Positions 1-11,396 of a stretch of 33,541 nt of DNA are shown in pieces. The first letter of the stretch is position 1. Each line of letters opens with the position of its first letter. The notes under the pieces were generated by a model. The model was not told where the DNA came from. It ran no database searches and saw only the letters and a list, made by a program, of their open reading frames with translations. This DNA is from a virus (lineage: Duplodnaviria; Heunggongvirae; Uroviricota; Caudoviricetes). The DNA lies in IMG/VR virus record IMGVR_UViG_2627853869_000007. The stretch is one strand, 5' to 3'. Both the position numbers and the translations under genes were made by a program.

Positions 1-194
1 TTACGGGGTAATGCCAACCGCTGCCGCCACTTTGTCGCCACTTGGCAGCGTTGCCAGAGGATTGAAACGGAGCGCCGTTTCCAGATGATCCGGTGCCAGA
101 TGTGCGTAACGCATAGTCATTTTTATATCGTGGTGTCCGAGAATTTTTTGTAAGGCCAGAATGTTTCCACCCGACATCATGAAGTGCGCCGCAA
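1..194 (-). pseudogene. int: P2/186-family tyrosine integrase, C-terminal remnant (about 64 codons); upstream part replaced by IS911
   Basis: Translation ends ...HFMMSGGNILALQKILGHHDIKMTMRYAHLAPDHLETALRFNPL, a tyrosine-recombinase C-terminus with the RYAH catalytic Tyr region; reading frame runs into the IS911 terminal repeat at 195. Confidence 0.65.
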
Positions 195-1150
<956 letters not shown>

Positions 1151-1193
1151 TTGAACCGCCCCGGGTTTCCTGGAGAGTGTTTTATCTGTGAAC

Positions 1194-2084
1194 TCAGGCT
1201 GCCAGATCATCGTTTCCGATGGAAGCATAATAAGCTTTTTCTGCTTCTGCCGGAGGGATGTGGCCCAGCCTTTCCAGCAATCGTCGATTATTATACCAGT
1301 CCACCCACGTGAGTGTGGCCAGTTCCACTTCTGCACGGTTTTTCCAGCTCTTACGGTGTATTACCTCCGCTTTGTAAAGACCATTGATGCTCTCCGCCAT
1401 CGCGTTGTCATACGAGTCGCCTGTACTTCCTGTTGATGCCAGTAATCCGGCTTCCTTAAGCCGCTGTGTGTAGGCCAGCGATACATACTGAGAACCTTTA
1501 TCACTGTGATGGACCGTGCCGGACGGTCGACGGGCCCATAACGCCTGCTCCAGTGCATCCAGCACGAATGTCGTCTCCATGGACGATGAGACCCGCCACC
1601 CCACGATGTATCCGGCAAACACATCAATGATGAACGCCACATAGACGAAGCCCTGCCATGTGCTGACGTAAGTAAAATCAGCCACCCACAGCTGGTCAGG
1701 TCGTTCTGCCACGAACTGACGGTTTACGCGGTCGCCTGCGGCAACGGCTTTCCGGCTGATGGTCGTACGGACCTTTTTACCCCGGAGAACACCGGCAAGT
1801 CCCATAACCGCCATGAGACGTGCCACAGTGCATCTGGCCACTCTGATGCCTTCCCGTAACAACTGACGCCAGACTTTACGCACACCGTATACCTGATGAT
1901 TCCCATCGTATACGCGCAGTATCTCTTTCTTCAGCCAGTCATCGCGCTGCGCACGGGCACTGCGTTTATCAGGATGATGTCGCTGTTGCTGACAGTGGTA
2001 ATACGTTGACGGGGCAATATGTAGTTCACTGCATACCGGTCCGACCCCGTACAGCTTACGCAGCTTATCCAGCAGTGGCATCAC
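1194..2084 (-). CDS. IS629-like transposase OrfB (DDE integrase domain)
   Basis: 296-aa ORF with IS3-family DDE region ([11 protein letters not shown]...HHSDKGSQY...[13 protein letters not shown]). Confidence 0.85.
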
Positions 2085-2407
2085 TTTTTCCAGAGGCGGT
2101 CGAACTCCGCCTTCGCAAAATAAGCGGAAGCCTGGCGAAGGATATCGTTACTGCGGCGCAGTTCACGATTTTCACGTTCCAGCTCTTTCAGACGCTGACG
2201 TTCAGCGGTGGTGAGCCCGCCATCACCGCCTCCGGTATCCCGCTCATGCTGGCGTACCCAGACACGCAGAGTCTCCGGTGTACAGCCAATCTTTGGGGCA
2301 ATGGAACAAATTGCCGCCCACTGTGAGTCATATTCGCCCTGACTTTCCAGAACCATACGAATCGCCCTCTGACGGACTTCGGGGGAAAAACGAGTATTTT
2401 TAGTCAT
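2081..2407 (-). CDS. IS629-like transposase OrfA (HTH and leucine zipper)
   Basis: 108-aa [29 protein letters not shown]...; overlaps orfB by 4 nt as in IS3-family frameshift pairs. Confidence 0.85.
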   Translation of the reverse strand: MTKNTRFSPEVRQRAIRMVLESQGEYDSQWAAICSIAPKIGCTPETLRVWVRQHERDTGGGDGGLTTAERQRLKELERENRELRRSNDILRQASAYFAKAEFDRLWKK

Positions 2408-2473
2408 CCTGTTTACCTCTTTCTCAGGGAGTTTAGTCTCCAGGATTCCCGGGGCGGTTCAAATGACTCCAAC

Positions 2474-2977
2474 TTACTGATAGTGTTTTATGTTCAGATA
2501 ATGCCCGATGACCTTGTCATGCAGCTCCACCGATTTTGAGAACGACAGTGACTTCCGTCCCAGCCTTGCCAGATGTTGTCTCAGATTCAGATTATGTCGC
2601 TCAATGCGCTGAGTGTAACGCTTGCTGATAACGTGCAGCTTTCCCTTCAGGCGTGATTCATACAGCGGCCAGCCATCCGTCATCCATACCACGACCTCAA
2701 AGGCCGACAGCAGGCTCAGAAGACGCTCCAGTGTGGCCAGAGTGCGTTCACCGAAGACGTGCGCCACAACCGTCCTCCGTATCCTGTCATACGCGTAAAA
2801 CAGCCAGCGCTGACGTGATTTAGCACCGACGTAGCCCCACTGTTCGTCCATTTCAGCGCAGACAATCACATCACTGCCCGGTTGTATGCGCGAGGTTACC
2901 GACTGCGGCCTGAGTTTTTTAAGTGACGTAAAACCGTGTTGAGGCCAACGCCCATAATGCGTGCACTGGCGCGACAT
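2474..2977 (-). CDS. insB: IS1 transposase InsB
   Basis: 167-aa ORF ...[52 protein letters not shown]..., the IS1 InsB sequence. Confidence 0.9.
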   Translation of the reverse strand: MSRQCTHYGRWPQHGFTSLKKLRPQSVTSRIQPGSDVIVCAEMDEQWGYVGAKSRQRWLFYAYDRIRRTVVAHVFGERTLATLERLLSLLSAFEVVVWMTDGWPLYESRLKGKLHVISKRYTQRIERHNLNLRQHLARLGRKSLSFSKSVELHDKVIGHYLNIKHYQ

Positions 2978-3171
2978 CCGACGCCATTCATGGCCATATC
3001 AATGATTTTCTGGTGCGTACCGGGCTGAGAGGCGGTGTAAGTGAACTGTAGTTGCCATGTTTTACGGCAATGAGAGCAGAGATAGCGCTGATGTCCGGCA
3101 GTGCTTTTGCCGTTACGCACCACGCCTTCAGTAGCGGAGCAGGAAGGACATCTGATGGAAATGGAAGCCAC
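2896..3171 (-). CDS. insA: IS1 InsA
   Basis: 91-aa [43 protein letters not shown]..., the IS1 InsA zinc-finger protein; A6C frameshift motif TTAAAAAACTC present. Confidence 0.9.
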   Translation of the reverse strand: MASISIRCPSCSATEGVVRNGKSTAGHQRYLCSHCRKTWQLQFTYTASQPGTHQKIIDMAMNGVGCRASARIMGVGLNTVLRHLKNSGRSR

Positions 3172-3235
3172 GCAAGCACCTTAAAATCACCATCATACAC
3201 TAAATCAGTAAGTTGGCAGCATTACCAAGCAAAAG

Positions 3236-3427
3236 TTATCGTGAGTTTTTAGTACAGATTTTTTTGGATTTACTAATAGTTCCATCATTGCAAACAAATT
3301 TTCCATCGGAGGTACAGTGAGAGACACCTCCCTTTTTCCCAGAACAAGGATAATTTTTAGCATAGGTAGTTAGTGGGCTTAATAACAAAGAGCATGATAA
3401 AACCACAAAAAATACTTTACCAAGCAT
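3236..3427 (-). CDS. small secreted cysteine-rich protein (predicted signal peptide), function unknown
   Basis: 63-aa ORF; N-terminal hydrophobic stretch [23 protein letters not shown] then a Lys/Cys-rich mature part with 5 Cys; AT-rich by eye. Confidence 0.45.
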   Translation of the reverse strand: MLGKVFFVVLSCSLLLSPLTTYAKNYPCSGKKGGVSHCTSDGKFVCNDGTISKSKKICTKNSR

Positions 3428-3442
3428 AGTTTCCTCCCGGTA

Positions 3443-4018
3443 TTATCTAACATATTTAACTGTTAAACTTATAATTTTACCAATTATTTCAATGTCTTCT
3501 ATCTTACATTCGAAGGCTCTGTTTCCACCCTCGACGAAGATTCTTCCACCGGGTAAACGAGTAATGTCACGGATCGTTACTTCGCCATCAATACTTATTA
3601 CCCATTTACCATCACGTATGTCATCAAATTCTTTATCACAAATAAATTCAGAATTGTTATCTGTGATGACAAAAGGTTTTTTAAACGTAGAGGGTAGAAA
3701 TCCCTTATCAAAAATATAAAAACCGTCTTCACGCAAGGCACCATCAGATAATACATATTTAGCAACTTCCATAGTATTTGTATTACCTGAAGTTTGCTTT
3801 GAACCATGTCCGGTTGTGAGCCAATTAAGCGAGGTGCCCGTTTCAAGGGCGCACTGGATTACCCATTCTGCTGGGAATGAGTCACGCATGTAGCGTGTGG
3901 CGAGTGTACTTTTAGAGATTCCTAAATGATCGCACAACGCCTGTCGAGTCTTGAATCCATAAGCTTCTACCATGCGCTCTATGGCGCCTCGTCCGCCTTT
4001 CTCCAAATTCATGGTCAC
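3443..4018 (-). CDS. cI: 186-type CI immunity repressor (N-terminal HTH, C-terminal CI-like domain)
   Basis: 191-aa ORF with EAYGF...LCDHLGISKSTLATRYMRD...CALETGTSLNWLTTG and C-terminal ...IRDITRLPGGRIFVEGGNRAFECKIEDIEIIG pattern resembling phage 186 CI; divergently transcribed from the apl-like gene. Confidence 0.7.
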   Translation of the reverse strand: MTMNLEKGGRGAIERMVEAYGFKTRQALCDHLGISKSTLATRYMRDSFPAEWVIQCALETGTSLNWLTTGHGSKQTSGNTNTMEVAKYVLSDGALREDGFYIFDKGFLPSTFKKPFVITDNNSEFICDKEFDDIRDGKWVISIDGEVTIRDITRLPGGRIFVEGGNRAFECKIEDIEIIGKIISLTVKYVR

Positions 4019-4035
4019 TCCAAGTGAACTTTTAT

Positions 4036-4064
4036 CTTGACGATTTCACTGTGCAATCGTATGT
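4036..4064 (+). promoter_or_regulatory. putative early rightward promoter (TTGACG-17 bp-TATGTT) with overlapping near-palindromic operator 4040-4058
   Basis: TTGACG at 4036-4041, 17-bp spacer, TATGTT at 4059-4064; spacer is the imperfect palindrome CGATTTCACTGTGCAATCG; lies in the cI/apl divergent intergenic region. Confidence 0.35.
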
Positions 4065-4137
4065 TTATGGTGTTCACAAAATACAAACGATCCGTATTCG
4101 TCCTGATTAATCATCATTAAACGAGGAATGTTGCATC

Positions 4138-4359
4138 ATGAGACCTAACATTTCAATCACTCTTACCACGCCTCATGTGACTATTGAACGCTATAGCGAG
4201 CTGACAGGGCTATCCATCGATACCATCAATGACATGTTGGCTGATGGACGCCTTATCCGTCACCGTCTGCGCAAAGATAAAAAACGCGAAAAAGTGATGA
4301 TCAACATAGCAGCAATGACCGTTGATGCGCTTTCAGAATGCAATCTAAACCTTAATTAG
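4138..4359 (+). CDS. Apl/Cox-like small HTH protein (putative excisionase / early regulator)
   Basis: 73-aa ORF with HTH-like segment [21 protein letters not shown]; first gene of the rightward early operon opposite cI. Confidence 0.5.
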   Translation: MRPNISITLTTPHVTIERYSELTGLSIDTINDMLADGRLIRHRLRKDKKREKVMINIAAMTVDALSECNLNLN

Positions 4360-4385
4360 TTCGATTCTGAAATACATCAGAGGCA

Positions 4386-4571
4386 TTGACCATGTTTGAT
4401 TACCAAGTTTCCAAACATCCACATTTTGATGAAGCCTGTCGTGCATTTGCACTGCGCCACAATCTGGTGCAACTGGCAGAACGTGCAGGCATGAATGTGC
4501 AGATTCTGCGGAACAAGCTGAACCCAGCTCAGCCTCATTTATTAACCGCACCAGAAATCTGGCTGCTTTGA
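4386..4571 (+). pseudogene. cII: CII-like regulator, N-terminal 60 codons only; truncated by IS911
   Basis: [24 protein letters not shown]...[16 protein letters not shown] resembles the 186 CII N-terminus; the stop codon TGA at 4569-4571 is the first 3 nt of the IS911 terminal repeat. Confidence 0.7.
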
Positions 4572-4640
4572 AGTGGCACACTGAATTTGGCCACCTGAAC
4601 AGAGGTGATATGCTCACCTCAGAACAACACAGGTGCTCCA

Positions 4641-5809
<1,169 letters not shown>

Positions 5810-5817
5810 CCACTTCA

Positions 5818-6457
5818 CGCCAGAGTTTTATTTGAGATCGCAAACAGGGAGGTGGCTTATTACAACATAAGGCAGGAGTTTAATTACTCAACTGAAATTA
5901 CTGATTTCATGAAAGCGGTATATTTCCTGTATCTCAATCGTCACGGTTACCGTGGTTTATGTCGCTATAACAAGAGCGGGCATTTCAACATTCCCTACGG
6001 CAATTATAAAAATCCGTATTTCCCTGAAAAAGAAATTCGCGCATTTGCAGAAAAAGCCCAGCGAGCAACGTTTATCTGCGCCAGCTTTGATGAAACGCTG
6101 GCGATGTTGAAGGCGGGGGATGTGGTGTATTGCGATCCACCGTATGACGGTACGTTTTCCGGCTATCACACTGATGGTTTCACTGAAGATGACCAGTATC
6201 ACCTAGCATCCGTTCTTGAACATCGGTCATCAGAAGGACATCCGGTCATTGTTTCTAACAGTGACACATCCCTGATCCGTTCGCTGTATCGCAATTTTAC
6301 TCACCACTATATCAAGGTAAAACGCAGCATCGGTGTGGCAGCTGGCGAGGGTAAATCAGCAACAGAAATCATTGCTGTTTCCGGGCCGCGCTGCTGGGTG
6401 GGATTTGATTATTCGCGTGGCGTGGATAGTTCTGCCGTGTACGGAGTACGTGCATGA
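5818..6457 (+). pseudogene. dam: Dam-type N6-adenine DNA methyltransferase, 5'-truncated (N-terminal SAM-binding region missing)
   Basis: Translation ...YYNIRQEFN...[19 protein letters not shown]...VVYCDPPY... matches the middle and C-terminal parts of Dam including the DPPY motif; the open frame begins inside the IS911 terminal repeat. Confidence 0.7.
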
Positions 6458-8868
6458 GCCATGCCGATATGAACAACTGCTGCGGCTTTAACGAGGCTGC
6501 CGCAGCGTTCTCATGGAACAGCCCGAAAAAGGCCATTAACCCTTATCTGGACCCGGCGGAAGTTGCGCCGGTTTCTGCGCTTTCAAACCTGATCACTCTG
6601 TACGCTGCCGATAACGAGCAGGAACAGTTGCGCCGCGAGGCACTGAGTGATCAGGTCTGGGAGCGTTATTTTTTTTATGAATCACGTGATCCTGTCCAGC
6701 ACGAAATGGAGCAGGATAAGCTCATTAGCCGGGCAAAGCTGGCGCATGAGCAGCAGCGTTTTAATCCGGATATGGTCATTCTGGCGGACGTCAACGCCCA
6801 GCCTTCCCATATCAGCAAGCCGCTGATGCAACGTATTGAATACTTCAGCAGCCTGGGCAGGCCAAAGGCTTATTCCCGCTATTTACGTGAGACGATTAAG
6901 CCATGTCTGGAACGACTGGAGCATGTACGCGACAGCCAGCTATCTGCATCTTTTCGTTTTATGGCAAGCCATGTAGGGCTGGACGGCCTGCTGATTCTGC
7001 CTGAAATGAGTCAGGATCAGGTGAAACGCCTGTCTACCCTTGTCGCTGCGCATATGAGCATGTGCCTTGATGCAGCTTGTGGTGATTTGTATGCCACCGA
7101 TGACGTTAAGCCAGAAGAAATCCGCAAGACATGGGAAAAGGTGGCAGCGGAAACCCTGCGTCTGGATGTCATCCCGCCTGCGTTTGAGCAACTCCGTCGG
7201 AAAAGAAACCGCCGTAAACCCGTGCCCTATGAACTCATTCCGGGTTCGCTGGCGCGTATGTTGTGCGCCGACTGGTGGTACCGGAAATTATGGAAAATGC
7301 GTTGCGAATGGCGGGAAGAGCAGTTGCGTGCTGTCTGCCTGGTCAGCAAAAAAGCATCTCCCTATGTCAGCTATGAAGCCGTGATGCATAAACGTGAGCA
7401 GCGCCGCAAGTCATTGGAGTTTTTCCGTTCTCATGAACTGGTGAACGAAGAGGGCGACACGCTGGATATGGAAGACGTGGTAAACGCCAGCAGCAGCAAC
7501 CCGGCGCACCGCCGCAATGAGATGATGGCCTGTGTTAAAGGTCTGGAGCTTATCGCGGAAATGCGCGGTGACTGCGCCGTTTTCTACACCATTACCTGTC
7601 CGTCACGTTTCCATTCCACGCTCAATAACGGCAGACCAAACCCAACCTGGACAAATGCGACGGTAAGACAAAGCAGCGATTATCTGGTCGGCATGTTTGC
7701 TGCATTTCGTAAGGCGATGCACAAAGCCGGGTTGCGCTGGTATGGCGTGCGGGTGGCTGAGCCGCATCATGACGGTACAGTTCACTGGCACCTGTTGTGT
7801 TTTATGCGCAAAAAAGACCGCCGCGCCATTACTGCATTGTTGCGTAAGTTTGCCATCCGTGAAGACCGCGAGGAACTGGGTAATAACACTGGTCCACGCT
7901 TTAAATCTGAGCTGATAAACCCGCGCAAAGGAACGCCGACAAGCTACATCGCGAAATACATCAGTAAGAACATTGACGGGCGTGGTCTGGCTGGCGAGAT
8001 CAGCAAGGAAACGGGTAAATCCCTGCGTGATAACGCTGAATACGTTAATCCCTGGGCGTCTCTGCATCGTGTTCAGCAATTCCGCTTCTTTGGTATTCCA
8101 GGGCGTCAGGCTTACCGTGAACTGCGGTTGTTGGCTGGTCAGGCGGCAAGGCAGCAGGGTGACAAAAAAGCAGGTGCGCCGGTACTGGATAACCCGCGCC
8201 TTGATGCCATCCTGGCTGCTGCTGATGCTGGCTGTTTTGCCACCTACATTATGAGGCAGGGCGGCGTGCTGGTTCCTCGCAAATATCACTTGATCAGAAC
8301 CGCTTATGAAATCAATGAAGAGCCGACCGCCTATGGCGATCACGGTATTCGTATTTATGGCATCTGGTCACCCATTGCAGAAGGCAAGATCTGCACTCAT
8401 GCAGTGAAGTGGAAAATGGTTCGTAAAGCCGTTGACGTTCAGGAGGCGGCAGCCGACCAGGGCGCTTGCGCCCCTTGGACTCGTGGCAATAACTGTCTCC
8501 TTGCTGAAAATTTGAACCAACAGGAGAAAGATAAATCAGCTGATGGGAACCCCAGAACGGACATTACCAGCATGGATGACAAGGAGTTGCACGATTACCT
8601 GCACAGTATGAGCAAAAAAGAGCGCCGGGAACTGGCAGCAAGGTTACGCCTGGTGAAACCGAAACGGCGTAAAGACTACAAACAGCGAATTACAGACCAT
8701 CAGCGACTGCAGCTCGTGTATGAGCTGAAGTCCAGAGGATTTGATGGCAGCGAGAAAGAGGTCGATTTACTCCTTCGCGGAGGCAGTATTCCGTCAGGAG
8801 CAGGCCTGCGTATCTTCTATCGGAACCAGCGTTTGCAGGAAGATGATCAGTGGCGGAACCTGTATTAA
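6454..8868 (+). CDS. A: P2-family replication initiation endonuclease GpA (HUH rolling-circle initiator)
   Basis: 804-aa ORF with HUH-type motif TVHWHLLCF and tyrosine motif [12 protein letters not shown]; start ATG overlaps the dam stop (ATGA). Confidence 0.85.
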   Translation: MSHADMNNCCGFNEAAAAFSWNSPKKAINPYLDPAEVAPVSALSNLITLYAADNEQEQLRREALSDQVWERYFFYESRDPVQHEMEQDKLISRAKLAHEQQRFNPDMVILADVNAQPSHISKPLMQRIEYFSSLGRPKAYSRYLRETIKPCLERLEHVRDSQLSASFRFMASHVGLDGLLILPEMSQDQVKRLSTLVAAHMSMCLDAACGDLYATDDVKPEEIRKTWEKVAAETLRLDVIPPAFEQLRRKRNRRKPVPYELIPGSLARMLCADWWYRKLWKMRCEWREEQLRAVCLVSKKASPYVSYEAVMHKREQRRKSLEFFRSHELVNEEGDTLDMEDVVNASSSNPAHRRNEMMACVKGLELIAEMRGDCAVFYTITCPSRFHSTLNNGRPNPTWTNATVRQSSDYLVGMFAAFRKAMHKAGLRWYGVRVAEPHHDGTVHWHLLCFMRKKDRRAITALLRKFAIREDREELGNNTGPRFKSELINPRKGTPTSYIAKYISKNIDGRGLAGEISKETGKSLRDNAEYVNPWASLHRVQQFRFFGIPGRQAYRELRLLAGQAARQQGDKKAGAPVLDNPRLDAILAAADAGCFATYIMRQGGVLVPRKYHLIRTAYEINEEPTAYGDHGIRIYGIWSPIAEGKICTHAVKWKMVRKAVDVQEAAADQGACAPWTRGNNCLLAENLNQQEKDKSADGNPRTDITSMDDKELHDYLHSMSKKERRELAARLRLVKPKRRKDYKQRITDHQRLQLVYELKSRGFDGSEKEVDLLLRGGSIPSGAGLRIFYRNQRLQEDDQWRNLY

Positions 8869-8962
8869 TTACGCGGGTTAACAATTCGTGCTCTTAATAA
8901 TACCAGGCATATCAGGCTGATGAACGTAAAAAAACGTTTTACATCAGTAAGATTATTATATG

Positions 8963-8978
8963 CTGTAAATATAAACAG
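8963..8978. promoter_or_regulatory. LexA (SOS) box CTGT-N8-ACAG
   Basis: CTGTAAATATAAACAG, a 16-bp match to the CTGT-(AT-rich)8-ACAG SOS-box pattern, about 45 bp upstream of the RBS-preceded ORF at 9022. Confidence 0.55.
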
Positions 8979-9021
8979 TGGTTATGCATACAGTATTGCG
9001 TGTGGTGTCATAGGAGGAAAG

Positions 9022-9210
9022 ATGCAGGACTATTTTTTGGAGTCTTTGAAGCTCCAGCGCATTGATTTTTTTCTTAAGCTTGTAGCGGCTAGTGAGTGTA
9101 GTGATGAAGAGAAGGGGCTGGCTCTGCAGTGGGTTTCTGAATTGACTGATGAACTCATGGCAAAAATCAGAACCCACGAATACAACCGCTCAATGGATGT
9201 CATCAGCTGA
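9022..9210 (+). CDS. small hypothetical protein (62 aa), possibly the N-terminal part of a 186 Tum-like antirepressor module
   Basis: ATG at 9022 preceded by AGGAGG; position between gene A and the DinI-like gene. Confidence 0.45.
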   Translation: MQDYFLESLKLQRIDFFLKLVAASECSDEEKGLALQWVSELTDELMAKIRTHEYNRSMDVIS

Positions 9211-9230
9211 GGTGACTTTTATGCGCATTG

Positions 9231-9454
9231 AAATAATGATCGATAAAGAGCAGAAGATTAGCCAGTCTACCCTGGACGCTCTTGAATCCGAGCTTTACCG
9301 CAATCTGCGCCCTCTGTATCCCAAAACGGTAATTCGTATCCGCAAAGGTAGCTCTAACGGTGTGGAACTTACTGGATTGCAACTGGACGAAGAAAGAAAA
9401 CAAGTGATGAAAATTATGCAGAAGGTGTGGGAAGACGACAGCTGGCTGCATTAA
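9231..9454 (+). CDS. DinI-like protein
   Basis: 74-aa ORF MRIEIMIDKEQKISQSTLDALESELYRNLRPLYPKTVIRIRKGSSNGVELTGL...VWEDDSWL, the DinI family pattern. Confidence 0.75.
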
Positions 9455-9589
9455 GAAACGTTGCTGGCGTCTGAACTAGCTTCTGGCGTCAGCAAGGTTG
9501 AACAACGAGCCCTTGCGAGGCGTTAGCTCTGTAGTGCATGTCTATGCCGCATGAGATCGCATGATCGTTTGAGGATCGTTTTTGCTAAG

Positions 9590-9614
9590 GCCCGCCAGAA
9601 CTGGCGGGCTTTTG
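9590..9614 (+). terminator. rho-independent terminator after the DinI-like gene
   Basis: GC-rich hairpin GCCCGCCAG/CTGGCGGGC followed by TTTTG. Confidence 0.6.
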
Positions 9615-9656
9615 CGTAGATCATGCAGGTGCATGAAAACCTCTACATAAAGCGGG

Positions 9657-9675
9657 CAGGCGTGGCGGGGATACG
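9657..9675. other. cos-like sequence (candidate cohesive-end site)
   Basis: GGCGTGGCGGGGATACGAT resembles the 19-nt P2/186 cohesive-end sequence as I recall it (GGCG(A/T)GGCGGGGAAAGCA-); first 13 nt identical to the 186 version; recalled, not searched. Confidence 0.35.
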
Positions 9676-9746
9676 ATTGCGCGCTAGGTATAAGTGTGTA
9701 AAATAATTCCAAAATAAATCATCACTAATGAAGTGAGAGGGTAATA

Positions 9747-11396
9747 ATGTTAGTCAAGAAAAATAAAAATTATAGTTTATATTTTTTAATTACAAATAAT
9801 CAACAGATATCTGATTCTGGTAATTATATAAAAATAGTCCCATCAAGAAGCGATTGGAATGATTTTGGATATTTGAGTAGAGTCGAAATATCTATTTTTA
9901 ATAAAAAAGAGTGTAAGGATATAATTTCACTGAATGGTTATATTGGTTTTTTGAATTCAGAGGAGGAACGAAATGGAAAAGCAGAACTGATAAGGCGAGT
10001 GAAGAAAAAGGAAGAATCTAATTTAAAGGATGAGGGGTTTAATGATTATTTTGTCATGCTTCAGGATATGAATAATTATCGAAGACTAGTAAGATTTTTT
10101 GGGGTGAATGAATCCAAATATATATTAAATTTCATTAATGATGTTGTTTCTAAGAAAAGTGACGCTAGTGCAGAGAATTTGAGGAAAAAAGCAATCTCTT
10201 CTGATATCTTTAATAAATCTTTCATTAGAGAGTCTGAGTCGTATTTTACTTTCAAAAATGCAGGAACAGTTCTTTCCGGTATTCAATATGAGGAGTTGGG
10301 TAATTTATCACAGCACATCAAGATTAGCTATTCGAATAAAGTTAATGAAGAAGATGTATCTTATGTTTTTAATTTTGATCACGAGCATGATTTACCAAAA
10401 AGAATTTCCATAATTATAGGCGAGAATGGTGTAGGAAAAAGCCAAACGCTTAGAGAAATCGCATTGGCTGCGATTAAAGGAAAGGATAATTTGGTGGCTG
10501 TAGTTGATTCTAACGGTGTGAGCATTGAAGAACGAATTCAAATTAGTAGGCTCATTGCTTTTTCTCCAACAAATGAAAGTAAGTGTTCATTTCCAACCGA
10601 TAAAAGAATAAAATCATTGATATGGTACAAAAGATTGACTTTAAATCGTGAATCAAAATCCAAATTAAACTTGAATGATTTAATAGTGCAACTAGCGAGG
10701 AGTAACGACGCTATCGGCTATAATCAAAGGTGGAATATATTTGTTGATGCACTGAGTGTTCTAAATAGTAACAACGATTTAGTAATCAAATGTGGCGGTG
10801 AAAATTCACCATTTGTTAAATTAAATGAGCTTAATTCTCGAGGCGAAGAATCTAGACTATCATTATATTCTGAAATTATTCTCTCTGGCGAGCCTTTGAG
10901 GCTTATTGAAAATAAATGTTACCCTTTGAGTAGTGGGGAAATATCGTTTATTAAGTTTTGTGTACAAGTCTGTTTGTATATTGAGAATGGGACTCTTCTA
11001 TTAATAGATGAGCCAGAAACACATCTCCATCCTTCATTTATTAATAAATTTATGGCATTGCTTGATAATTTATTAGAAAAGACAGGCTCTTCAGCTATCA
11101 TAGCAACGCATTCGGTTTATCTTGTTCGGGAGGTTTTTAAGGAGCAAGTGACAATACTCAGAAGACGAGATGATGGGGTAATTGTTAGCGAAAAACCGAG
11201 ATTGAGTACTTTTGGGGCGAATATAGGAAATATCTCATATTTTGTTTTCGGTGAGAGTGAACCAACTCAAATTTTAAATAAAGTAAAAAACAATATAATT
11301 GCAAAGAATATGTCTTGGGATGATGTTGAATCTAAATATAGCGAGGACTTATCACTTAATGTATTAACTGCGTTGAGAAATGAAATGGGCAATTGA
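9747..11396 (+). CDS. ABC-type (AAA_15/AAA_21-like) ATPase with an unassigned ~215-aa N-terminal domain; candidate defence ATPase (Septu PtuA-like architecture)
   Basis: 549-aa ORF; Walker A GENGVGKS (Lys231, nt 10437-10439), signature-like LSSGE (394-398), Walker B LLLIDEPETHLHP (D421-E422), H-loop IATHS (H455); AT-rich and Asn/Lys/Ile-rich unlike flanking phage genes. Confidence 0.7.
   Translation: MLVKKNKNYSLYFLITNNQQISDSGNYIKIVPSRSDWNDFGYLSRVEISIFNKKECKDIISLNGYIGFLNSEEERNGKAELIRRVKKKEESNLKDEGFNDYFVMLQDMNNYRRLVRFFGVNESKYILNFINDVVSKKSDASAENLRKKAISSDIFNKSFIRESESYFTFKNAGTVLSGIQYEELGNLSQHIKISYSNKVNEEDVSYVFNFDHEHDLPKRISIIIGENGVGKSQTLREIALAAIKGKDNLVAVVDSNGVSIEERIQISRLIAFSPTNESKCSFPTDKRIKSLIWYKRLTLNRESKSKLNLNDLIVQLARSNDAIGYNQRWNIFVDALSVLNSNNDLVIKCGGENSPFVKLNELNSRGEESRLSLYSEIILSGEPLRLIENKCYPLSSGEISFIKFCVQVCLYIENGTLLLIDEPETHLHPSFINKFMALLDNLLEKTGSSAIIATHSVYLVREVFKEQVTILRRRDDGVIVSEKPRLSTFGANIGNISYFVFGESEPTQILNKVKNNIIAKNMSWDDVESKYSEDLSLNVLTALRNEMGN

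Larger units (their letters stand above)
1152..2461 (-). mobile_element. IS3-family element, IS629/IS1203-like, complete (about 1310 bp)
   Basis: Terminal inverted repeats TGAACCGCCCCGGG(T/A)TTCCTGGAGA at 1152 and, reverse-complemented, ending at 2461; two overlapping transposase ORFs. Confidence 0.8.
2462..3225 (-). mobile_element. IS1 copy A (3 terminal bp at the IS629 junction missing or replaced)
   Basis: IS1 terminal repeat GGTAATGCTGCCAACTTACTGAT (reverse-complemented) ends at 3225; insA and insB ORFs; other end abuts the IS629-like terminus. Confidence 0.9.

Noticed and set aside
7603-8343. 246-aa minus-strand ORF
   Set aside because: Antisense to replication gene A, which has the HUH and Tyr motifs and correct operon context.
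9470-9505. Short direct repeat CTGGCGTC in the spacer after the DinI-like gene
   Set aside because: Too short and imperfect to assign function; probably chance.
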